A stretch of DNA of 32,000 nt from positions 1 to 32,000 of the forward strand of contig NC_007488.2 in the NCBI RefSeq assembly GCF_000012905.2. Reading direction: 5' to 3'. The translations under genes were made by a program, and so were the position numbers. The DNA comes from Cereibacter sphaeroides 2.4.1 (GTDB lineage Bacteria; Pseudomonadota; Alphaproteobacteria; Rhodobacterales; Rhodobacteraceae). Below are positions 8,935-16,620 of the stretch, in pieces. The number at the start of each line of letters is the position of its first letter. The stretch's first letter is position 1. The notes beneath the pieces are model-generated. The model made no database searches and was not told the origin of the DNA. It saw only the letters and a program-made list of their open reading frames with translations.

Positions 8935-10380
8935 ATGACCGATTTCAGACGCGAGAAGATCCTCGTCGGCGGCGACTGGATCCAGGCCGACGCGGGCGGC
9001 CGGATCGAGGTGACGAACCCGGCCACCGGCGCCGTGATCGGCACCGTCCCCGATGCGGGCGCGGCCGAGACGGCGCGCGCGGTGGCCGCCGCCGAAGCGG
9101 CCTTCGGGCCGTGGCGCGCCCTTACCGCGGCCGAGCGCGCGACCCATCTGCGGAGGCTCGCTCAGGCGATCCTCGATCACCGCGAGGCGCTGGCCGAGCT
9201 TCTGACCGAGGAACAGGGCAAGCCCCTGGCCGAAGCCCGCGGCGAGGTCGGCATGAGCGCAGCCTACATCCAGTGGTTCGCCGAAGAGGCCCGCCGCGTC
9301 TATGGCGAGGTGATCCCCTCGCCCTGGCCCGACCGGCGGCTCCTCGTCACCCGGCAGCCGGTGGGCGTGGTGGCGGCGATCACGCCCTGGAACTTCCCCT
9401 CCTCGATGCTCGCCCGCAAGATCGGCCCCGCGCTGGCCGCGGGCTGCACCGTCGTGGCCAAGCCCGCCAGCCAGACGCCCTTCTCGGGCCTGGCCTGGGG
9501 GGTGCTGGGCGAGATGGCGGGCCTGCCCGCGGGCGTGCTGAACATCGTCACGGGCTCGGCCCGCGCCATCGGGGGCGAGCTCACCGCCAACCCATCGGTG
9601 CGCAAGATCACCTTCACCGGCTCCACCCCCGTGGGCAAGGTGCTGCTCGCGCAGGCCGCGGGCACGGTGAAGAAGATGTCGATGGAGCTCGGCGGCAACG
9701 CGCCGTTCCTCGTCTTCGACGATGCCGATCTCGACCGCGCCGTCGAGGGCGCCATCGCGGCCAAGTTCCGCAACGCGGGCCAGACCTGCGTCTGCACCAA
9801 CCGCTTCTACGCGCAGGCCGGCATCCACGATGAGTTCGTGAAGCGGCTGGCCGCGGCCACCGCCGCGCTGAAGGTGGGCCCGGGCGCACAGGACGGATCC
9901 GAGATCGGCCCGCTGATCGACGCGGCCGCGGTGGCCAAGACCGAGGAGATGGTGGCCGACGCCACCGCCAAAGGCGGGCGCATCGTCACCGGCGGGCGGC
10001 GGCACACGGCCGGCGCGGGCTTCTACGAGCCCACCGTCATCGCCGACGCGACCGACGCCATGACCTTCGCCCGCGAGGAGATCTTCGGCCCCGTGGCCCC
10101 GGTCTTCCGCTTCGAGACCGAGGAGGAAGCGATCCGGCGCGCCAACGCCACCGAGTACGGCCTCGCCTGCTACTTCTACACAAGCGATCTCGGCCGCGCC
10201 TTCCGCGTCTCCGAGGCGCTCGATTACGGCATCGTCGGCGTGAACGAGGGGCTGGTCACCACCGAGGTCGCCCCCTTCGGCGGGGTGAAGGAGTCGGGCT
10301 TCGGCTCCGAAGGCTCGCACCACGGGATGCAGGATTACCTGACGCTGAAATATACCGCGATGGGAGGGCTCGGCCGATGA
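8935..10380 (+). CDS. NAD(P)+-dependent aldehyde dehydrogenase, GabD (succinate-semialdehyde dehydrogenase)-like; candidate sulfolactaldehyde dehydrogenase
   Basis: ALDH motifs ITPWNFP, KITFTGSTPVGK, MELGGNAP (catalytic Glu), FRNAGQTCVCTNR (catalytic Cys), EEIFGPV, EYGLACYFYT. These match the GabD subfamily over the full length. Confidence 0.92.
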   Translation: MTDFRREKILVGGDWIQADAGGRIEVTNPATGAVIGTVPDAGAAETARAVAAAEAAFGPWRALTAAERATHLRRLAQAILDHREALAELLTEEQGKPLAEARGEVGMSAAYIQWFAEEARRVYGEVIPSPWPDRRLLVTRQPVGVVAAITPWNFPSSMLARKIGPALAAGCTVVAKPASQTPFSGLAWGVLGEMAGLPAGVLNIVTGSARAIGGELTANPSVRKITFTGSTPVGKVLLAQAAGTVKKMSMELGGNAPFLVFDDADLDRAVEGAIAAKFRNAGQTCVCTNRFYAQAGIHDEFVKRLAAATAALKVGPGAQDGSEIGPLIDAAAVAKTEEMVADATAKGGRIVTGGRRHTAGAGFYEPTVIADATDAMTFAREEIFGPVAPVFRFETEEEAIRRANATEYGLACYFYTSDLGRAFRVSEALDYGIVGVNEGLVTTEVAPFGGVKESGFGSEGSHHGMQDYLTLKYTAMGGLGR

Positions 10381-11432
10381 CCCGCCGCCACGCCGTAGCC
10401 CTCATCCCCGGCGACGGGATCGGCCCCGAGGTGATCGACGCGAGCCTCGAGGTGCTGGAGAAGGTGGCGCGCCTCCACGGCTTCGCGCTCGACATGACCC
10501 GCTTCGACTGGTCCTGCGACCGCTACCTCGCCACCGGCCGCATGATGCCCGAGGACGGGATCGACCAGCTCCGCCCCCATGCGGCGATCCTTCTCGGCGC
10601 CGTGGGCTGGCCCGCGCGCGTGCCGGATGCGGTCTCGCTGCACGGGCTTCTGCTGCCGATCCGCAAATCCTTCGACCAGTTCGCCAACATGCGCCCGCAC
10701 AGGCTTTTGCCCGGCGCCACCGGGCCGCTGAAGTCCGAGGCCTTCGACATCCTCTGCATCCGCGAGAACACCGAGGGCGAATATTCCGGCGCGGGCGGGC
10801 GGATCCATGTCGGCACCCCGGCCGAGGTGGCGGTCGAGACCTCGATCTTCACCCGCCGCGGCGTCGAGCGCATCCTGCGCTTCGGTTTCGAACAGGCGCG
10901 GCGGCGCTCGGGGCGGCTCGCCTCGGTCACCAAGTCGAACGCGCAGAAATATTCCATGGTCTTCTGGGACGAGGTGACGGAAGAGGTCGCGGCCGATTAT
11001 CCCGACGTGACCGTCTCCCGCTACCATATCGACGCCATCGCGGCGCGGATGGTGATGGCGCCCGAGACGCTCGACGTGGTGGTGGCCTCGAACCTTTTCG
11101 GCGACATCCTGACCGACCTCGGCGCGGCCATTCAGGGCGGCCTCGGCTTCGCGCCCTCGGCCAACATCAACCCCGACCGCAGCCAGCCCTCGATGTTCGA
11201 GCCGGTCCACGGCTCGGCCCCCGACATCGCGGGGCGCGGCATCGCGAACCCGGTGGCCACGCTCTGGTCCGCGGCCCTCATGCTCGACCATCTGGGCGAG
11301 GAGGCGGCCGGCCGGTCGCTTCTCGCCGCGCTCTCGGCCGTCACCGCCGAGGGCCGCCTCCGCACACCCGATCAGGGCGGCCGGGCCTGCACGACCGATG
11401 TCGCGCGCGCCGTGGCCGACCGCCTGTCCTGA
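10377..11432 (+). CDS. Tartrate dehydrogenase/decarboxylase or D-malate dehydrogenase-like enzyme (isocitrate/isopropylmalate dehydrogenase superfamily)
   Basis: IPGDGIGPEV N-terminus, LRKSFDQFANMRP, IRENTEGEYSG, NLFGDILTDLGAAIQGGLG, FEPVHGSAPDIAGRGIANP. The start overlaps the ALDH stop (ATGA, 10377-10380). Confidence 0.88.
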   Translation: MTRRHAVALIPGDGIGPEVIDASLEVLEKVARLHGFALDMTRFDWSCDRYLATGRMMPEDGIDQLRPHAAILLGAVGWPARVPDAVSLHGLLLPIRKSFDQFANMRPHRLLPGATGPLKSEAFDILCIRENTEGEYSGAGGRIHVGTPAEVAVETSIFTRRGVERILRFGFEQARRRSGRLASVTKSNAQKYSMVFWDEVTEEVAADYPDVTVSRYHIDAIAARMVMAPETLDVVVASNLFGDILTDLGAAIQGGLGFAPSANINPDRSQPSMFEPVHGSAPDIAGRGIANPVATLWSAALMLDHLGEEAAGRSLLAALSAVTAEGRLRTPDQGGRACTTDVARAVADRLS

Positions 11433-11461
11433 CCCCCCTTCCCCTCGAAAGGATTTCTCCC

Positions 11462-12331
11462 ATGGCCTCCACCCCGGATCTCTCGGCCCTCCAGCGTCCC
11501 TCGGGCGCCTTCGCCATGCTCGCCATCGACCAGCGCGAGTCGATGCGCGCCATGTTCGCCGACACTCAGGCCGAGCCGGTCAGCGACCGCCAGCTCGTCG
11601 ATTTCAAGCTCGAGGCGCTGCGCCACCTGACGCCCCACGCCTCGGCGGTGCTGATCGACCGGCCCTTCGGCTGGCAGCCCGCGCTCGAGGCGGGCGTCGT
11701 GGCGCAGGGCTGCGGCCTCATCGCCGCCGCCGACGAATTCCACGCCAGCGCCGACGAGATCGTGGCCGATGCGGGGCTCGACGATCTGGTGGTGCCCGAG
11801 GCGGTGAAGGCGCAGGGCGCGCAGGCGCTGAAGCTGCTCGTGGTCTGGCGCCCGGACGGCAACCCCGAAAAGCGGATCGCGCTGGTCGACGAATTCGTGG
11901 CCCGCTGCCGCCGCGCCGGGCTCATCTCGCTGATCGAGCCCGTGTCGCGCAAGCCGCTCGACGGGCGGCCGCACGATCTGCACGACGGCATCCTCGCCGC
12001 CGCGCGCGAGCTCGGCAACCGCGGCCAGGACATCTACAAGGCCGAAGTGCCGCTCCATGCCGCGGGCGACGAGGCCGAGGTGCGCCGCCGCTGCGCCGAA
12101 CTCACGGAAGCCATCGCCTCGCCGTGGGTGGTGCTCTCCTCGGGCGTGGCGCCGGACCGGTTCCCGACCGCGGTGGAATGGGCCTGCCGCGAGGGCGCGC
12201 AGGGCTTCCTCGCCGGACGCGCGGTCTGGAAAGAGACCATCGGCGCCCCCGACATGGCCGAGGCGCTGCGCACCACCGCGGTGGACCGGCTGAAGCGGCT
12301 GTGCGAGACGGTGGACCGGGCGGTCGGCTGA
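11462..12331 (+). CDS. Class I aldolase of the LacD/YihT family; YihT (sulfofructose-1-phosphate aldolase)-like
   Basis: [57 protein letters not shown]...GFLAGRAVW. From memory these track E. coli YihT more closely than tagatose-bisphosphate aldolase LacD (ALAFDQRG). Confidence 0.85.
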   Translation: [289 protein letters not shown]

Positions 12332-12356
12332 CGGCCCGCGGCGGAAGGAGAGCGCG

Positions 12357-13256
12357 ATGAACGTTCGGGTGGCCTGCGTCGGCGGGGCGGTGCTGGATCG
12401 GGTCTACGAGGTCGCGGCGCTGCCCGGCACCGACGGCAAGTCCCGCGCCTCCTCCTACCGCGAGTTCGGCGGCGGGATGGCGGGCAATGCCGCGGTGGCG
12501 ATCGCCCGTCTGGGCGGGCAGGCCCGCTGGTGGGGCCGCGTGGGCGACGATGCCATCGGCGCGGGCGTGCTGGCGGGGCTCGCGGCCGAGGGCGTGGCCA
12601 CCGCCGAGGCGCGCGTGGTGGAGGGGGCGGTCTCGTCCCACTCGCTCGTCCTCTCGGATGCCGAGGGGCGGCGCGCCATCGTACTCTACCGCTCGGACGG
12701 GCTCGACCCCGATGCCTCGTGGCTGCCGCTCGCGGCGGTGGGCGGGCTCGATGCGGTCCTGGCCGACAACCGCTGGATCGACGGGGCGGTGGCCGCCCTC
12801 ACCGCCGCGCGCGCGGCGGGCCTGCCGGCGGTGCTCGATGCCGATGCGGGCGCCGACCCCCGCAGCCGCGAGGCGGTGCAGGCGGCCTCGCATGCGATCT
12901 TCTCCGAGCCGGGGCTGGCCGAGATCTACGGCACCTCCGACCCCGACGAGGGCCTCCGCCACGCCGCGGCCGACGCGCCCTTCGTGGCGGTGACGCTGGG
13001 CGAGGCGGGCCTGCGCTGGCGCGACGCCCGAGGCGGCCTCGCCTCGCTGCCCGCCTTCCCCGTCCGGGCGGTCGAGACGGTGGGCGCAGGCGACGTCTTC
13101 CACGGCGCCTTCGCCCTCGCGCTGGCCGAGGGCCAGCCGCCCGAGGACGCGCTCCGCTTCGCCGCCGCCACTGCCGCGCTGAAATGCCGGGGCTCGGGCG
13201 GCCGCGCGAGCTATCCCGGCCGCACCGCCGTCGAGGACCTGCTGCGGCAGGGCTGA
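12357..13256 (+). CDS. PfkB-family sugar(-phosphate) kinase; YihV (sulfofructose kinase)-like
   Basis: RVACVGGAVLDRVY, GGGMAGNAAVAIARLG, GRVGDD, VLADNRWIDGA, FSEPGLAEIYG, VGAGDVFHGAFALALAEG, AALKCRGSGGRA. PfkB signatures 1 and 2 are present. The SD GGAAGGAG lies upstream. Confidence 0.88.
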   Translation: MNVRVACVGGAVLDRVYEVAALPGTDGKSRASSYREFGGGMAGNAAVAIARLGGQARWWGRVGDDAIGAGVLAGLAAEGVATAEARVVEGAVSSHSLVLSDAEGRRAIVLYRSDGLDPDASWLPLAAVGGLDAVLADNRWIDGAVAALTAARAAGLPAVLDADAGADPRSREAVQAASHAIFSEPGLAEIYGTSDPDEGLRHAAADAPFVAVTLGEAGLRWRDARGGLASLPAFPVRAVETVGAGDVFHGAFALALAEGQPPEDALRFAAATAALKCRGSGGRASYPGRTAVEDLLRQG

Positions 13257-13572
13257 CGGCGCCCCTTCACATCAGAAAGAGAAATACCCTTCAGCCGGGG
13301 GGAGCATCGGCCTGCCCCTTTCCTCCGAAAGCAGAGGCAGGGGGAAGGGGCTTCGGCCCAATGCCCGCCCTGGCCGCCCATTCACCGAGCGATGTCGCCC
13401 CTTTCAGCCGAAAGCTCGGCGAATTGCGGAGGGCAGGCCGGGCTTTTGCCGGTTCGATTTCAATCCCCACGCTGCTAGGCTCTGCCGCGGACAGGGCGCC
13501 TGCGCAAAATGGCCGCGTCATCGCGCCTTTTGCGGCCCGTCCGGTTCAGTTCATAGTATCGGGATTGGTTCA

Positions 13573-14637
13573 ATGCCTCCTTCTCGCGAGGTCCAATGGC
13601 ACAGGCAGCGGCATTCGCAGCGTCTGGAAGCGCTTCAGGCCTGCCGGATGATTGCAGCGGTCGCCGTCGTGCTGTTTCACGCGAACAATTTCGTCCTGCC
13701 GATGCGGCTCTACGAGGGCGAAACCCTCTGGCGCGGTTTCGGCATGGGCTATGCCGGCGTCGAATTCTTCTTCGTCCTTTCGGGCTTCATCATCGCCCAT
13801 ATCCATGCCGCCGATATAGGGCGGCCGGAACGGGCAGGCCGCTTCCTGCAAAAGCGATTCCTGCGGATCTATCCGCCCTACTGGATCGTGCTGAGCGCGC
13901 TCGTGCTGATCTATGTCGCGCTCGAGGGAATCGTCTCACCCTCGCGTCTGGCTCCCGCGGCGCTTCTGCGCGATTATCTGCTGATCCCCGCGCCGCAGAG
14001 GCCGCTCCTGTCGGTCGCCTGGACGCTGAAACACGAGATCCTGTTCTATCTCCTGTTCGTCCTCTTCATCCTCAGGCGCGAGATAGGCGTCGTCGTCTGC
14101 GCGCTCTGGCTCGCGGGCACGCTCTCCCAGATCCCCGCAGCGTCCGAGACGCCGCTCTTCGCCACCCTCTTCTCGCCCTACAACATTCTCTTCGGGATGG
14201 GCGTGGCGGTCGCGCGCCTTCACCGCCACCTGCCCGAAAGCCTCGTCTGGCCGCTCCTGACGGCGGGCGGCGCGGGCTTCCTTCTGGTCGGGCTGAGCGA
14301 GCAGTTCCTCGTCGCCTGGCCGCTGCCTCTCCGCTGCCTCGCCTATGGCCTCGCCGCCGCCGCGGTGATCGCGGCGCTGGCCCGGGCACAGACGGGGGCG
14401 CCCGGCTGGTGCGTGTTTCTGGGCGATGCCTCCTATGCCATCTACCTGATCCACCTGCCCGTGATGAACATGGTAGCGGTGCCGCTCGCCCGGACGGGCC
14501 TGCAGGAGGTCCTGCCTCCCGCGGTCCTGTTCGTCTTCCTCGTGGGCCTGTCGATCCTCGCGGGCGCGCTCTTCCACCGGGGCGTCGAGCGCGGGTTGCT
14601 CGCCGCGCTCCGGCCCCGGCGGCGGGCCACGCTCTGA
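13573..14637 (+). CDS. Acyltransferase family 3 (OafA/YrhL-type integral membrane O-acyltransferase)
   Basis: RLEALQACRMIAAVAVVLFHA..., GVEFFFVLSGFII, RFLRIYPPYW, AWTLKHEILFY, DASYAIYLIHLPV. About 10 TM segments. Confidence 0.85.
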   Translation: MPPSREVQWHRQRHSQRLEALQACRMIAAVAVVLFHANNFVLPMRLYEGETLWRGFGMGYAGVEFFFVLSGFIIAHIHAADIGRPERAGRFLQKRFLRIYPPYWIVLSALVLIYVALEGIVSPSRLAPAALLRDYLLIPAPQRPLLSVAWTLKHEILFYLLFVLFILRREIGVVVCALWLAGTLSQIPAASETPLFATLFSPYNILFGMGVAVARLHRHLPESLVWPLLTAGGAGFLLVGLSEQFLVAWPLPLRCLAYGLAAAAVIAALARAQTGAPGWCVFLGDASYAIYLIHLPVMNMVAVPLARTGLQEVLPPAVLFVFLVGLSILAGALFHRGVERGLLAALRPRRRATL

Positions 14638-14653
14638 CGGCGCGGGGGGCCTG

Positions 14654-16588
14654 ATGCGCGCCGCCCTCCTGCCGCTCCTCTGCGCCCTCTGCGGCGCGGC
14701 CACCGCCGGGGACTGCCCGGCCCCGCCCGACACCGCCGCAGCCCTGCAGGGCTGCGAGGTGATCTATCTCGCCCCCGACGGGCGCGACGACTGGAGCGGC
14801 CGCCGCGCCGCGCCCCTGCCCGACGGCAGCGACGGGCCGATGGCGAGCCTTGAGGCCGCACGCGACGCGGCCCGCGCGCGCGGCGGGCCCGCCACCCTCG
14901 CGCTGCGCGGCGGCGACTACCGCCTCCTCGATCCGGTCGCCTTCGACGCGCGCGACAGCGGCCTCCGCATCGTGGCGGTTCCGGGCGAGCGGCCGGTGCT
15001 GCACGGCGGCCCCGCGCTGGAAGACTGGCAGGAGGAGCCGGGCGGCCTCTGGTCGGCATACTTCGATCCCGCCCGCGCCGCCCTCGGCCTTTTCCTCGAC
15101 GGGACGCGCCAGATCCCCGCGCGCTTCCCGAACCTGCCGCCCGACGCCACCCCCCGCGACGGCTGGCTCTTCGCCGACCGCCCCCTGCCCGAGATGGAGC
15201 CGAACCACCAGATCCGCATCCGCCCGGCCGACCTGCCCGCCTTCGCCCGTCCCGAGGGCCTCTCGGTCCACATCGTCGGCGGCTTCGTGCCGGGGATGCA
15301 GTGGGGCAGCGACATCCTCCCCGTCCTGTCGGTCGATCCCGGCACCCGGATCGTCGGCACCGGCGGCACCGGCTATTTCTTCACCGGCGAGGGCAGCCGC
15401 TATTTCCTCGAAGGCCGGCGCGAGTTTCTCGATGCGCCGGGCGAATGGTGGCAGGACGCGGCCGCAGGGCGCCTCCTCTACCGCCCTCCCGTCGCGGATC
15501 CGTCCCGCCACAGGCTCGGCGCGGCCACCCTCGCCACCTTCCTCGAGATCTCGGGCGCAGAGGATCTGCAGGTCACGGGCCTCGAATTCCGCGACGCGGC
15601 GATCCTCGGCACGGGCAAGTTCGGCACCGACATGCGCAGCTACGGCGCGATCCGGCTCACCCACGCCGACCGCGCCCGGATCGACGGCAACCGGTTCGAG
15701 AATGTGGGCGTGGCGATCCATGTCACCGAAAGCCGCGACGTCCTCCTCTCGGGCAATGACATCGCCCATGCGGCCGGCAACGGCATCTATGTCGGCACCA
15801 GCTGGGGCTCGTTCGGCCGCTCGGACGGGGTGAGGATCGCCGGCAACCGCATCCGCGACGTGGGCGAGGTCTTCTTCGAAAGCGCCGGCATCTGGCTGCA
15901 GGCCAGCGACGGATTCCGCATCGAGGGCAACCTGATCGCCGGCGCCGCGCAGTTCGGCATCAGCGCGGGCTCGCTCTGGGGGGCCGAGGACGCGAGCCAC
16001 GACGGGCTCATCCACGGCAACATCCTGCGCGACAGCAACCGGCAGACCGCCGACGGCGGCGCGATCAAGCTGATGGGCGCGCAGATGGACCGCCAGCGGA
16101 TCGCCGTCGAGGGCAATCTCGTCACCGGCACCGACGCGCTGACGAACCGCCCGGACGGCAGCTTCTGGCCGCCGCGCCACGAGGATCCGGCGGACTGGCC
16201 CGGCCCGATCAGCTGGGCCATCTATCTCGACGAGCGGGCGAGCGGCAACCGCATCGCGGGCAACCTGCTGATCGGCAACGTCACCGGCATCGGCATCAAC
16301 GGCGGCTGGGCGAACGAGGTGCGCGGCAACGTGATCCGCGACGGCACGGCCAGCGCCTTCCGCATCGACGACGCGACCGGCCGGTCCTGGCACCCCGACT
16401 GGGCGGCACCGAACCGGATCGAGGAGAATACGGTGGTGACCGACCGCCCCGGGACGCCGATGGCCCATGTCCATGCGCCCGCGCATGGCGCGGCCTTCGT
16501 GGAAATCGGCCCGAACCGCCTCCTCGCCGAGCCCGCGCCGCCCCTGCCCCCGGGCCTCGCAGATCCCGGCGACTGCCCGCCCGGCTGA
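14654..16588 (+). CDS. Secreted right-handed parallel beta-helix repeat protein (pectate-lyase-fold; putative polysaccharide-active enzyme)
   Basis: Signal peptide MRAALLPLLCALCGAATA-GD. Repeated PbH1-like turns: IDGNRFENVGVAIHV, LSGNDIAHAAGNGIYV, IAGNRIRDVG, IEGNLIAGAAQFGI, IHGNILRD, VEGNLVTG, IAGNLLIGNVTGIGI, VRGNVIRD. Confidence 0.8.
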   Translation: MRAALLPLLCALCGAATAGDCPAPPDTAAALQGCEVIYLAPDGRDDWSGRRAAPLPDGSDGPMASLEAARDAARARGGPATLALRGGDYRLLDPVAFDARDSGLRIVAVPGERPVLHGGPALEDWQEEPGGLWSAYFDPARAALGLFLDGTRQIPARFPNLPPDATPRDGWLFADRPLPEMEPNHQIRIRPADLPAFARPEGLSVHIVGGFVPGMQWGSDILPVLSVDPGTRIVGTGGTGYFFTGEGSRYFLEGRREFLDAPGEWWQDAAAGRLLYRPPVADPSRHRLGAATLATFLEISGAEDLQVTGLEFRDAAILGTGKFGTDMRSYGAIRLTHADRARIDGNRFENVGVAIHVTESRDVLLSGNDIAHAAGNGIYVGTSWGSFGRSDGVRIAGNRIRDVGEVFFESAGIWLQASDGFRIEGNLIAGAAQFGISAGSLWGAEDASHDGLIHGNILRDSNRQTADGGAIKLMGAQMDRQRIAVEGNLVTGTDALTNRPDGSFWPPRHEDPADWPGPISWAIYLDERASGNRIAGNLLIGNVTGIGINGGWANEVRGNVIRDGTASAFRIDDATGRSWHPDWAAPNRIEENTVVTDRPGTPMAHVHAPAHGAAFVEIGPNRLLAEPAPPLPPGLADPGDCPPG

Positions 16589-16620
16589 GGCCTCCGCGCC
16601 TCCCCGGAAACGACCCCGCC

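Noticed and set aside
6520-10323. 1267-aa ORF on the minus strand spanning the ATPase, ADH and ALDH genes
   Set aside because: It is an antisense shadow frame of three well-supported plus-strand genes. The translation is Gly/Arg/Ala/Asp-rich low-complexity sequence with no motifs, typical of high-GC DNA where stops are rare.
13261-13572. Possible small gene (13291-13521, minus) or riboswitch in the kinase-acyltransferase intergenic region
   Set aside because: The ORF has no motifs or SD. Only generic hairpins are visible (13314-13351, and 13503-13534 with CGCAAAA/TTTTGCG), with no recognisable riboswitch core. It is probably a terminator plus a promoter region.
13596-14654. 352-aa ORF overlapping the acyltransferase gene in another frame, and 12530-13651 (+)
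   Set aside because: These are Arg/Pro/Ala-rich shadow frames. The 13573-14637 frame carries the acyltransferase-3 motifs and transmembrane segments.
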